Positions 10,403-20,234 of a DNA stretch of 64,000 nt are shown one piece after another. Source of the DNA: Gemmatales bacterium (GTDB lineage: Bacteria > Planctomycetota > Planctomycetia > Gemmatales > HRBIN36); contig JBEPZY010000001.1 of assembly GCA_041640595.1 (NCBI GenBank), positions 736,001 through 800,000 of the forward strand, read 5' to 3'. A program made the position numbers and the translations under genes. Numbering within the stretch: the first letter of the stretch is position 1; each line of letters starts with the position of its first letter. Below the pieces are notes generated by a model that searched no databases, had not been told where the DNA came from, and saw only the letters and a list, made by a program, of their open reading frames with translations.

Positions 10403-13400
10403 CGTGGCTGTCGCACTAAGGTATAGCGTCAGGGCAGGGTATTCACAAACGAATCCACACGCTTTCAGCCAATGAGCGGCGGGTGTCTGGAGGATCGGCG
10501 TGTTGTTCCAGGTTTCTACTCGCAGTCGGCCACGAAGCCAGGGTTGCCAGATGACCGCCAGTTCGCCTAACGCTGTGACCGCGGTTTGACACTCGTCGGG
10601 CGAAACCCCTTCGCAAGCACTCAGCTTTTTGCCGAAAGATTCTACCAGCAAGACCGGTCGGCCGCGGTGCCAGATCATGGCGTTGCCGAGACGACGGAAG
10701 CTTTTCCCTATTTCGCCGACGAGTTTCGTATCTATTGCCGTACTCAGCCCTGCCAGACAGGCCGGGTCAACAGCCTGGACGGTCATCAGTTCGGTGGCAG
10801 GTGATGTTCCCGATGCCAGCAGGTGTGCAGCTTCGGGCAAGGCGTACTGCTCTCCGCAGAGACCCGCGACAAAGTAACCGCGGTAAATTTCCCCGGCCCA
10901 TTCCAGTTGCTGCAACGCCAGGCGCAACACGGACCAGGGCGGGCCTAAGTTGTCCCATTCCGCCAGTTCACGGCAAACGATACCGTAACGTTCCAGCAGA
11001 ACGTGCACACGCCAGAGCACCACCAATTCAGCTGCGGGTTTCCCGGAAGGAAGCAGAAACCACCGCCCCTCACCGCTGTTGCCGGTGAGATAGCTGCTGC
11101 CTATCCTCGGTCGCCAGGAACCGTCGCGGCATGCGTCCCAGCGTTCGGCGTAACGTAGCACATCGAGCTGATCATTGGAAACCAGTCCCGCCGCAAGCAA
11201 TTCCAGTAAAGCCCGGCGTATGCGCCCGGGAGATTGGCCACTATAGCGAGCTAAATCCACTACGAAACTGGCTCCCCGTTCCTTGAGCAGTTGCTGGACC
11301 TGCAATGCTTCCGCCGAAAGCTCCGGTGTAACCTCTCCGTGCAGGAAAGAAGCATAATCGGCATCCGACCTCGGCAGGAACGCCAGTTCGCATTCGCCCA
11401 AGCGGAAACTGGTTTCGGCTTTATCGGCATGGTTCGGCGAGCGAGTCAACCAGAGCCATTCGCCACTTTGCACCAGATGGTTCAACCAGGCGGGCTGATA
11501 ATCCGGTAACCGCGGACGCAGGAGTAACGGCTCCCACCACTGCCACGCCAGCCACAATCCCTGGAGTCGTCGCAGCACCTGCCGCAAACCTTCCACGCCT
11601 CGGTGCTTTTCCACGCCGGCCAGTCCTTGCCAGTGCAACAAAAAGCGAGCAAACTGCAGCATGCTTACTTCGTGAAACGCAGCGCGGCGTCGCAGGCGTT
11701 GCTGACGCGCCGCCAGTTCTCTCAGCTGACGCCGAACGTACCGGGTGTTGCCGTCAGGTTCCTGCAAAGCGCAGAGCCAGCCTTCGCTCACCCAGGATTG
11801 CAGTGTGTGGTGCAACCACCCGGCTGGAATCGGATAGCGTTGCTGAATCTCCTCCACGCTCGTCGTGGCACGCTGATTCAAAAACCGCCGGAGTATCTCT
11901 CGCCATGCCGATTCCACTTCCGCCTGTCGAGGACGGTCAGCGTCACCGTCCGCCTGGACGAGATCGTTTGCCTCCCCGAAAGCTGTCCGGTAAAGCGACA
12001 AATCTTCCGCAGCGATCCAGCGTTGCGGTTGCCAGAACTGGCACGGAATCTGCCACAAGACCACTCGCTTTTGTTCGATTAAGCGTTGCAGGCGGGGCCG
12101 TTGTTCCGCGGGAATTTCGTCGGGCAGGGTATCGCCGCGACGGCGAAGCCATTCCGCCAGTTCGTGTTCGGAGCGAATGGGGAAATCCAGGGTTTGCTGT
12201 GCGTTAACCAGAGCCGTCTCGTCTAAACTTTCCGGGGTCGCGGGAGCCAGCAGTTGCCGGAGCGGTTCGACATTTACCGCCGGTGAACGCTGGGCGGGTT
12301 CGACCCGGTCGTAGTCGTACATAAACGCGCCGGTAAACTGAAACCGCAACTGAGCGGCAAATGGCGAGGGGAAGTCGTGCACAATACGCCGCACAGCAAT
12401 TTCACCGTTGCGAATCTTTTCAAGCACCTGGCGTAACCGTGGCACATCGAGATGTTCATTCAGGCACTCGCGGTAGGTTTCCATCACCACCGGGAAATCC
12501 GGGCAGCGCTCCACCAGTTGCAGCAGGTTGCGGGCTTTGAGCCGTTGCAACCATAACGGTGTGCGTCGCTGCGGATGAAGCCGCGGTAACAAAAGCGAGC
12601 GCATCGCGTTTTGTCGGAAGCGGATGGCGAAAAATGCGCAACTTCCCAGCGACGCCAGCACATCTTTTTCGACCCGTTCCGGCATTAACTCGTGCAGCAC
12701 ATCAACGGGCGGTTCTCCGGTATCCAGCAGGCGGATCAACACTCCGTCATCGTGGTGCACTGCGGGGGCCGCACAGCCGTAACGTTCCTTCCACCACGAT
12801 TCCAGCGCCAATCGCAGCGTGAAATGCCAGCGCTGGCCAAAGGGCGAAAGCACAGCCAGATACCAGTCGCCCATTTCGTCGGGAAACGCCTCAACCAGGA
12901 TGGTGTCCTCGCAGGGAACCACGCCGGTTTGTTCAAGCTGCCGATGAACATAGTCCCAGAGCTGACGGGCGGCGTGGGGTTCTAAGGCACATTCGCGGCG
13001 AAGCCAATCGAGACAATCGCGATCATGCAGACGGTTTCGGAGTTCGCGTAATAACCGGCCTACCGCCAGTCCCAGTTCCCAGCTTCTCCCCAGCCGTTCA
13101 CCTCGCCAAAAGGGCATGACGGCTGGCTCGTGGGGAGAGGTTCGGCGAACGACCACTTCCTGGGCACCGATGTCCTCGATTCGCCACACGCCGGTGCCCA
13201 AAACGAACACATCGCCCAGCCGCCGTTCGTAAACGAATTCTTCGTCCAGCGTACCCAGCACCACGCCGGTATCTGCGAGTATCACCTTATACTGACCCGT
13301 ATCGGGAATGGTGCCGCCATTGACCAGGGCGAGATGCTGGCTGCCGGGCAGCGGATAGAGCGTGTCGCTGGCCCGATCCCAGGCAAGACGGGGTCGCCAT

Positions 13401-14824
13401 AAAGCCGAATCCAGCCCCGGCCAGCGAGCGCTCAACATCCGTAAGACGTTTTCGAGTGCCGTATCCGGCAGCTGCCGGTAAGGCCAGGCCCGGCGAATCA
13501 CCTGCCGCAATTCAGCCACCGGCCAGGCGTCCATGGCGACCATCGCCACAATTTGCTGGGCGAGCACATCCAGGCAGTTTGGGGGCGTCGTTGTTTCTTC
13601 GAGGATGCCCTGGCGCATGGCCCGTACCAGTGCCGCCAGTTCTACCAGATCGGAAGCGGTCTTGGCGAGGAATCGTCCTTTGCAGACCGCACCAACGCGA
13701 TGACCGGACCGGCCCAGCCGTTGCCACGCTCGCCAGATGCTACCAGGCGATTCGATTTGGCAGACCAGGTCCACCGAACCGATGTCCAATCCCAGTTCCA
13801 GCGACGCCGTGGCTACCACCGCCCGCAACTGACCAGCCTTGAGTTGCTGTTCGGTTTGCCGACGCACTTCCAGCGACAAACTGCCGTGATGCGACCGCAC
13901 GGGGATGGCGTGCGGATCCTCCGCATCGCCCGCCCCGATCTCCCAACTTTCCCGTAACCGTGCCGACATTCGCTCTGCCGCCCGGCGATTATTGGTGAAG
14001 ACCAGGGTCGAGGTATGCTGCTCGATAAGGTGGAGCGTGGCCGATTCGATCGCCGGCCAAACGCTGGTTTCCTGTAGCAAAGCGCTATCGGCAGCAGGCG
14101 CGAGCACGGCAACATCGAGTGGCCGCGATTGCCCGAGATCCACAATGGTCATGCTCCGACCAGTTCCCGCCAGCATGCTGGCAGCCGCTTCGACAGGTCG
14201 TAGCGTGGCCGACAGACCGATACGCTGGAAATCCCGACCTGCCCACCACGCCAGTCGTTCCAGCAACAGCGTCAAGAACACACCGCGTTTATTCGGGCAC
14301 AGGGCGTGCCATTCGTCCACGATGCACCATTCCACCCGCCGCAAAATCTGCCGACCCTGTGAGGTGAGCAGGAGATGGAGCGATTCCGGCGTGGTAATGA
14401 GGATGTGGGGCGGTTGACGCAAAAGACGACCGCGATCGCGGGAAGAGGTGTCGCCGGTTCGCACGGCCAGACGCAAGCGCGGTAAGCTTACGCCCAGCTC
14501 CGCCGCGACCCGGGGAACTTCGCGGAGCGGCAACTCCAGATTCCGCGAGATGTCATAACTCAGCGCCCGTAGCGGCGAAACATACAGGACCCGCACGGTA
14601 TCGGTTTCGCTTGCAGTTCGCCACAACCGGTCGAGCCCCAGCAGAAACGCCGCCAGCGTTTTGCCCGAACCTGTCGGTGCCACCAGCAACGTGTGCTGCC
14701 CGGAGGCGATCACTGGCCAGCCCTGCACCTGCACCGGCGAGGGTTCTCCGAAGGTTTGGCGGAACCATTCCGCGACTACCGGCAAAAACAAATCCAGCAC
14801 CGCAGATGCATTCGGTTCGCTCAT
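10346..14824 (-). CDS. lhr: Lhr-family DEAD/DEAH-box helicase (long form, with C-terminal winged-helix region)
   Basis: APTGSGKT, VRTGDT, ITTPESL, DEWH, GLSAT, HHGSLS, SLELGLDIG, QRLGRSGH, DVLAQQ, GGTIPD, LDEEFVYE, RGYFVAGL.GEQYA. Overlaps the argF 3' end by 57 bp. Confidence 0.92.
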   Translation of the reverse strand: MSEPNASAVLDLFLPVVAEWFRQTFGEPSPVQVQGWPVIASGQHTLLVAPTGSGKTLAAFLLGLDRLWRTASETDTVRVLYVSPLRALSYDISRNLELPLREVPRVAAELGVSLPRLRLAVRTGDTSSRDRGRLLRQPPHILITTPESLHLLLTSQGRQILRRVEWCIVDEWHALCPNKRGVFLTLLLERLAWWAGRDFQRIGLSATLRPVEAAASMLAGTGRSMTIVDLGQSRPLDVAVLAPAADSALLQETSVWPAIESATLHLIEQHTSTLVFTNNRRAAERMSARLRESWEIGAGDAEDPHAIPVRSHHGSLSLEVRRQTEQQLKAGQLRAVVATASLELGLDIGSVDLVCQIESPGSIWRAWQRLGRSGHRVGAVCKGRFLAKTASDLVELAALVRAMRQGILEETTTPPNCLDVLAQQIVAMVAMDAWPVAELRQVIRRAWPYRQLPDTALENVLRMLSARWPGLDSALWRPRLAWDRASDTLYPLPGSQHLALVNGGTIPDTGQYKVILADTGVVLGTLDEEFVYERRLGDVFVLGTGVWRIEDIGAQEVVVRRTSPHEPAVMPFWRGERLGRSWELGLAVGRLLRELRNRLHDRDCLDWLRRECALEPHAARQLWDYVHRQLEQTGVVPCEDTILVEAFPDEMGDWYLAVLSPFGQRWHFTLRLALESWWKERYGCAAPAVHHDDGVLIRLLDTGEPPVDVLHELMPERVEKDVLASLGSCAFFAIRFRQNAMRSLLLPRLHPQRRTPLWLQRLKARNLLQLVERCPDFPVVMETYRECLNEHLDVPRLRQVLEKIRNGEIAVRRIVHDFPSPFAAQLRFQFTGAFMYDYDRVEPAQRSPAVNVEPLRQLLAPATPESLDETALVNAQQTLDFPIRSEHELAEWLRRRGDTLPDEIPAEQRPRLQRLIEQKRVVLWQIPCQFWQPQRWIAAEDLSLYRTAFGEANDLVQADGDADRPRQAEVESAWREILRRFLNQRATTSVEEIQQRYPIPAGWLHHTLQSWVSEGWLCALQEPDGNTRYVRRQLRELAARQQRLRRRAAFHEVSMLQFARFLLHWQGLAGVEKHRGVEGLRQVLRRLQGLWLAWQWWEPLLLRPRLPDYQPAWLNHLVQSGEWLWLTRSPNHADKAETSFRLGECELAFLPRSDADYASFLHGEVTPELSAEALQVQQLLKERGASFVVDLARYSGQSPGRIRRALLELLAAGLVSNDQLDVLRYAERWDACRDGSWRPRIGSSYLTGNSGEGRWFLLPSGKPAAELVVLWRVHVLLERYGIVCRELAEWDNLGPPWSVLRLALQQLEWAGEIYRGYFVAGLCGEQYALPEAAHLLASGTSPATELMTVQAVDPACLAGLSTAIDTKLVGEIGKSFRRLGNAMIWHRGRPVLLVESFGKKLSACEGVSPDECQTAVTALGELAVIWQPWLRGRLRVETWNNTPILQTPAAHWLKACGFVCEYPALTLYLSATATSGISPTAQTPARSRSDSP

Positions 14825-15002
14825 CGCAAGGGCTCGAAGCAGTCCGGAGCAAAAGTTTCTCAGCCAGGGCTAAATACCAGCTGACCAGCATTCCCGGTGC
14901 AAAAAGCGGCTCCATCAGATTGTAGAAGCGCGACGGTTACCGACCACGACGCACTTACCGGTCGGGAAACTGCCAGGCAGGCCGATCTGCTCTCCTTTTC
15001 TG

Positions 15003-15629
15003 TCAGCGCTGCGTCAGCCAGTACCAGGTGAACCACAAAGCCACCGCGAGCGACCCTCGCGCCAGCAATTGGGCTGACCAGTACCACATGGCCCAGTTGA
15101 TCGTTTCTGCGACAGCCTCGAGGGCATTGCGGAGATGCTCCGCTACCATCTGCCGGGGGCGTACACGCCGTAGGGTGAACCATTCCACCACATTCGCCCA
15201 CCGGCTCGAAAGCCAGAATTCCGCCTGGTCGAGCTGCTTATCCAGTTCGGGCGTGCGAATGTCGCCGCGGATGGAAAGTGCGTAGCCGTCCAGCAGCACC
15301 ACCACCGCAGCCAGTGCGCTGAGCAACCCGGCCAGGAAGAAGTGCCCACTCAAATCACGCGGTGTCAGCGTCGCTTGCGGCAGCAACAGGTAGTACACGG
15401 CGGAGTTTACCGCAGTCAGCACCAGAGTGAGAACACTGGGCAGCAGGGTGCGCCAGTTCAGAAACAGCCAGCGGTGTTCCAGTACCAGCTGCGAAAGTTT
15501 CGGCCAGCGTTGCGGTAATGCCAGCACCAGCGAAACCACTTGACCGTACACGCGATACCGCGCTGCTGTGCCCAGCGCGAAAATCACAATCAGGTAAAGG
15601 TTGTACAGCGCCAGCAGGTTGACGTGCAC
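15003..15629 (-). CDS. Hypothetical membrane protein (about 4 TM segments)
   Basis: Hydrophobic helices; lies immediately downstream of and co-oriented with the metalloprotease gene. Confidence 0.65.
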   Translation of the reverse strand: MHVNLLALYNLYLIVIFALGTAARYRVYGQVVSLVLALPQRWPKLSQLVLEHRWLFLNWRTLLPSVLTLVLTAVNSAVYYLLLPQATLTPRDLSGHFFLAGLLSALAAVVVLLDGYALSIRGDIRTPELDKQLDQAEFWLSSRWANVVEWFTLRRVRPRQMVAEHLRNALEAVAETINWAMWYWSAQLLARGSLAVALWFTWYWLTQR

Positions 15630-15643
15630 GGTCGGGACAATGC

Positions 15644-17152
15644 TTACCGACGCTCGTTACGACGTGGTGTGGGCCAGCGGATGGGCTCGGCAGCAACATC
15701 GGCCAGCCGCGATAGCTCATCGGCGGTGAACGTGATCAGTCGCGACACGTGCACAGCCCCCGTCACCTGCTTCGAGATCGGATGGTCGGGGCGAAGGATC
15801 CGCCACGGGGCACCGTTCCCTGAACCGCCGCCGGAATTACCTCCGCCACCGCTGCGGAACGGCGGTTTCGAATACGGATCGGCTGCATTCAGGTTGACGA
15901 CGTAGCCCAGATCGGCCATGGACGCGGCGGTGATTCTGCTCAACGGATTGGGTGGCGGGTCGGCAAAGCCGGTCATCAGTTCGTTCTTGAAAACGCTCTC
16001 GCGCCAGTGACTGTCTCGCGTGCCAGCACCGCCGGTGTTCTCCACCGGCACCGAGGTTTCGTTGGTGTTGAAAATCGCCCGATATTGCTGCGTGGCCTGC
16101 GAGCCGGTGAAGCGTGGGTTCGGCCCGCCCGCTCCGCTCAGTAACCCCTTCAAATCCCAGATCGTGCCGAAGCCGAGTACGTGCCCCATTTCGTGCAAGA
16201 TCACGTCGCGGAGCAATCCGCTTTGTTCCATGTCGGCCAAGTCGGCAGTGTCGAATTCCATCGTGCCGTGGATCGGCAGGAATGAGCCTAACCGCAAAAA
16301 ATCGGGTCCGGCTTGACCGAGAATGCCACCGGTACCGTCAATCGGCACACCGCTGGCATCTATGAGGATGTCGTCGACCGGCTGGCCCTGGTAAACGGCA
16401 TCCGGCACATCGCCGACGATGATTTGCTCCCAGCGTTGGGCGGCCTGCTGGAAAACCTGCCATTGCGAATCGGTGAGACCGCTCCCGCGTCGCAAAGTGA
16501 TATTGAACTGACTGGCGGGCGTCCCACCGCCACCTCCACCCCCGCCGCCACCGCCCCCGCTACCTCCGCCGCCACCACCTCCGCCGCCACCGCCTTCCGG
16601 TGGAACGAGTTTGATGATCAGCGAGTACGGCCCGGTGCTGCCTTCCACATCTCCGGTGCCCTGGATCGGGTCGTAATTCATGTTGGGGTAGCCGGAGATG
16701 CCGATGTAATAGGTGCCGGCGGTGCTGAACTGGTATTTCAGATACGGGCTGAATCCGGGCGGCTGGTTGGGAATGGGGCCATCGTCGTTGAAGGCCAGTT
16801 CGTTTCCCCGACGGTCAAACAACCGCAGGTACGGATCGGTGGCCGGTGCTCGCGCCTGGACGATGAATTCCACGGTTGCGCCAGCCGCCACGCTGAACCG
16901 GTACATATCCACGTCTTCGGGAAAGCCAATCGAGGCACTTCGCCGCACCGATCGCGTGGGCGAGATGCTGCCGACGTTGATGGCCTCGGCCAGCGTGTCG
17001 TCCGCATCGCCAATCGGAGTGCCGAGCCGTGCCGGAACACACCGCGACTCCAGCTCCTCCAACTGCAAACTCGCGCGGGCTGTCTGCCGGGTAGCACTTC
17101 TGCTCCTCGACTCGGTGCATTTCCGCCACCAGCTCGACCCGCCGGATCCCAT
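15644..17152 (-). CDS. Secreted leishmanolysin (M8)-like zinc metalloprotease with pre-peptidase C-terminal (PPC)-like domain and planctomycete export motif
   Basis: LQLEELESRCVPA (LEPR-XLL-like); DVDMYRF/DPYLRLFD/FNDD PPC-like domain; Gly linker; HEMGHVLG and ENTGGAGTRDSHWRE..F.NELMTG; GGAGG RBS before the ATG at 17152. Confidence 0.82.
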   Translation of the reverse strand: MGSGGSSWWRKCTESRSRSATRQTARASLQLEELESRCVPARLGTPIGDADDTLAEAINVGSISPTRSVRRSASIGFPEDVDMYRFSVAAGATVEFIVQARAPATDPYLRLFDRRGNELAFNDDGPIPNQPPGFSPYLKYQFSTAGTYYIGISGYPNMNYDPIQGTGDVEGSTGPYSLIIKLVPPEGGGGGGGGGGGSGGGGGGGGGGGGTPASQFNITLRRGSGLTDSQWQVFQQAAQRWEQIIVGDVPDAVYQGQPVDDILIDASGVPIDGTGGILGQAGPDFLRLGSFLPIHGTMEFDTADLADMEQSGLLRDVILHEMGHVLGFGTIWDLKGLLSGAGGPNPRFTGSQATQQYRAIFNTNETSVPVENTGGAGTRDSHWRESVFKNELMTGFADPPPNPLSRITAASMADLGYVVNLNAADPYSKPPFRSGGGGNSGGGSGNGAPWRILRPDHPISKQVTGAVHVSRLITFTADELSRLADVAAEPIRWPTPRRNERR

Positions 17153-17377
17153 CGCCTTCCTCCCGCTACTAGGACGTGGTTGAGCGCGCACCACCACGCC
17201 AACCGTGTGTGGTGCATCTTCCTTCAACATTACCACATTCTTGCGAGCGCGGCCAGGGCGATGGATGCTCAGTTATGCCCCAGCAAGCCCTGGAGGCGCA
17301 TAAGCAATACCACTCCAACTGCCAGTCGGCAAAATGGGGGGGCAGAGTGCTCGCTTTCTTCGAACGAACCCGCCAGA

Positions 17378-18415
17378 TTATTCAACCTGTGTCCAGTCAA
17401 TGGACTTACCGTCAGCCCTGTTGCAGAGATAGAAGAACACATTGAGCTCTGCGGAGAAACGGATGCGTCGAATCGACCGATCGCCCATCACGGCATTCAC
17501 CGAACCCACGTGCGGGCCACCAAAAGCGGGCTCGGGGTTTCCAGTAATGGGGTTTAGACTAATAGAGTCAGAAGTTGCGTTGATTAGGTCCCCCCGAGGC
17601 ACCCACTGGGCGGGGGGTGAGGGCGGAATTGTTGTCTGGCCGCCACTCCAGCGGATGGTGCTGTAGTTGTAGCCGGGCCAGAAGCCCTGGTCCCAATTTG
17701 CACCTGACTCCATCAGATTACGAATCACCCACTTTTCGCCCAGCAAGAGGGTATTGGACAAGCCGTCTGGAACATCGCTCATCATGTTGATCGGCCGGTA
17801 GGATGCCAGGATTGTTAGTTTCGCATCCTCGGCTAGACTGGGTTTCAACAGGCCGAGCATCTGGGCCTCCCATGTATTCACGGGCCCGGTTGGGGTTAAA
17901 ACCGGCCCACCGTTGCCGGCGTAATCCGTCTGCGCCATCCCGCCATAAAGTTCCGGCTGGCGACGCGACGGGCAATAGTACAGCGGTACTACTGGAATAG
18001 CATTCGCTGGCTGCGAACTTGGCCAGTTGTTGTAGGTGGTGCCTAGCTCGATATACGGCAGAATCTGAAAACCCCAGCCAAGTCGCTGGTACCTGCCTGG
18101 AGCGGGAGGCGGAGGTGGAGCGGGAGGCGGAGGAGGGGGTGGACTTGGTTGATGACCGTTCGACCAAGTCGTAGTGGGCCCGACACTTACCTGCCACGCT
18201 CCCGCTGTGGGAAAGTAATTGTGATCGTTGTGAAAACTATGGAATGCCAGAGCGATCTGGGTCAGGTTGCTGGAACAGCGCATGCGGTTGGCCGCTTCGC
18301 GGGCACGCTGAATGGCCGGCAAGAGCAGCGACATCAGTAAGCCGATGATGGCAATGACGACAAGCAGTTCAATGAGCGTGAAGGCTTTGCGGAAGACAAG
18401 AACTCGGCGTTGCAT
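17378..18415 (-). CDS. DUF1559 (SBP_bac_10) prepilin-type N-methylation domain protein
   Basis: [69 protein letters not shown] before the ATG at 18415. Confidence 0.92.
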   Translation of the reverse strand: MQRRVLVFRKAFTLIELLVVIAIIGLLMSLLLPAIQRAREAANRMRCSSNLTQIALAFHSFHNDHNYFPTAGAWQVSVGPTTTWSNGHQPSPPPPPPPAPPPPPAPGRYQRLGWGFQILPYIELGTTYNNWPSSQPANAIPVVPLYYCPSRRQPELYGGMAQTDYAGNGGPVLTPTGPVNTWEAQMLGLLKPSLAEDAKLTILASYRPINMMSDVPDGLSNTLLLGEKWVIRNLMESGANWDQGFWPGYNYSTIRWSGGQTTIPPSPPAQWVPRGDLINATSDSISLNPITGNPEPAFGGPHVGSVNAVMGDRSIRRIRFSAELNVFFYLCNRADGKSIDWTQVE

Positions 18416-18547
18416 GATTCGACCTCCTGAGGCTACCTGATGCGAGTCGGTTCGCTGCGACCGTTCCCCACACTTTTCGGGTGCCACACACCCCGCGAGT
18501 CCAACGCTGAATCGAAATAGGTGCACGGCTGCCCGGTCTCTGCTTCT

Positions 18548-18577
18548 ATGATAGCTGAGCCAGCCTGGCAGCGTCAA
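18548..18577 (-). promoter_or_regulatory. Candidate sigma70-type promoter for the DUF1559 gene
   Basis: TTGACG-N18-TATCAT on the minus strand, preceded by an A/T-rich tract (AAAATTTTGCAAAAA). Confidence 0.4.
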
Positions 18578-18882
18578 GCCCCTTTTTGCAAAATTTTCCG
18601 GCAGTATCGCTTCACGGCCCGGGAACCGCCAGGTGCATGGTACACTGCCGGAATCGCCGGTCGGCACAAATGCTGGCGATTCGCAGGGGCAGGCTAGCCC
18701 TGGTCGGTCTGACTCGTATAACGGTTGTGAACGCCAGGAAAGGTGTGTCCGGCCTGGATGACGGTGGGCGAAGCGGGGGTGTGCCCTGGTCGGGCCAAAG
18801 TCGTGCCCGATCCTGGACGATACCACAAACGCACTCCCGCATAGCTCCAGGTCAGGACACCCGGAACGAGCATCCGTGAGCT

Positions 18883-19122
18883 ATGAGCAGCCAACCCACA
18901 TCCGCTGCCAATAACGATCCCCCGGTGCGCTGGGAACTGGTCGCGCGAGTTCGGCGGGCGATCCAGGAAGGAACTTACGAGACGCCGGAAAAATGGGCGA
19001 TTACCTTGCGGCGGTTACTGGCGTTGCTGGGACAGCCAGCGGTTACGGAGCCGGATTCGCAGGCTTTATCGGGGCCGGATAGTAGCATTCCCCGGTCGCC
19101 GCCCATTCCACACCGCGAATGA
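18883..19122 (+). CDS. FlgM-like anti-sigma factor (C-terminal domain only)
   Basis: VRWELVARVRRAIQEGTYETPEK matches the FlgM R.ekV..ik.aI..G.Y core. Overlaps the convergent ThuA gene by 80 bp. Confidence 0.65.
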   Translation: MSSQPTSAANNDPPVRWELVARVRRAIQEGTYETPEKWAITLRRLLALLGQPAVTEPDSQALSGPDSSIPRSPPIPHRE

Positions 19123-19885
19123 ACAGCAGCTGGAACCCGGCACTGCTTTTCATCGCCTCGACATCGTGGCCGAGCACGTTGTGATACACCCGCCCCTTGC
19201 CGTAGCGGGCAATCCAGACCATCGGTTCATGCAGGCCGGTGTTTTTCGGGTCTTTGCTTTTGTCGGAATAAGCGGTAGCCAGGACTTCGGCGTCGGGCGG
19301 AATGACGGAGTTCTGGTATAGCTCATCGCGGCCATGCTTGAATTCCTTGATGCCGCGGGTGATCGGATGGTCTTTGCGGACGGTAACGACGAATTCGTGC
19401 ATTTTGCCGTGGTATCCCTGCCGTCGCCAGCCCCCGGCGATGATTTTTTCAAACTCGCGGTCCCAATCACTGTCGCCGACAAAGGCTGCGGAAGCGTGGT
19501 GATACACGACCAGCCCTTTGCCGTTGCGAACGGCATCGGCAAACGCTTTCTGATTCGCTTCCGACCAGACGCTGTCCGGATTTTCCTTAGCCCCTTTGGG
19601 CGTGTTGCGGTAGTTGAGGACGAAAACGTCGTAGCGAGCGAGATTCTCCGGCGTGAGGTCTTTGCGTGGCGTTTCGGTCACATCCACCTGATGGCCGGCA
19701 CGAGTCAACAGGTCTTTGAGAAACGGCGTGGTTTCCCGCCAGGCGTGGCCGTGATCGCCGGTGATGATCAGGACGCGGATCGGTTTGGGTGGCTGAGCCG
19801 GGGTCTGCGACCAGACGGCGCTGCCGCCGGCCAGGCTGAAGATTGCGACCAGCGCTGTCCAGAATCGGTACACACGTGCACTCAT
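19043..19885 (-). CDS. ThuA-like domain secreted protein
   Basis: Signal peptide; VLIITG.H.H.W, GKGLVVYHHA, HPITRG, DELY, EPMVW, YGKGRVYHNVLGH, RGVEWAA; AGGAGG RBS. Confidence 0.85.
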   Translation of the reverse strand: MSARVYRFWTALVAIFSLAGGSAVWSQTPAQPPKPIRVLIITGDHGHAWRETTPFLKDLLTRAGHQVDVTETPRKDLTPENLARYDVFVLNYRNTPKGAKENPDSVWSEANQKAFADAVRNGKGLVVYHHASAAFVGDSDWDREFEKIIAGGWRRQGYHGKMHEFVVTVRKDHPITRGIKEFKHGRDELYQNSVIPPDAEVLATAYSDKSKDPKNTGLHEPMVWIARYGKGRVYHNVLGHDVEAMKSSAGFQLLFIRGVEWAATGECYYPAPIKPANPAP

Positions 19886-20234
19886 GGTTGGCCTCCTGAT
19901 TCGCTCTTCACGGGTGGCGTGCGAGGCATTTTTATGGGAAACGGGTCGGAAAAACCAGCACCGTGCATGGTACCGCTCAGGAATGAGTTATCGCCGAGCG
20001 CGATCCACCCGGCCTGGATGGCAAGTAAACCGAATCGCAAAGAATTCCGCTACGGCAGCAAACTTGCGATTCTTGCCCAACAATTTACGGACTGCCTGTG
20101 GTTCGATCGGGCTATAACAATGGTGAGGCAGGGAAGCGAGTTGGTGTGGAACGGAAGAGTGGGTCGCTTTGCTGCGGCAATCGGTACCCTGACCGACACG
20201 GCTGGCGTATCGCTAACAATCGGGCGAGGCGAAC

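Noticed and set aside
16523..16600. CCG/CCA-rich simple repeat
   Set aside because: It encodes the poly-Gly linker of the metalloprotease with mixed codons and is not an independent element.
16313..17557. Long antisense ORFs (this one, also 19334..20338, 29235..30242, 34167..35225, 26238..27122, 49780..50631)
   Set aside because: They are shadow ORFs opposite well-supported genes, expected in high-GC DNA.
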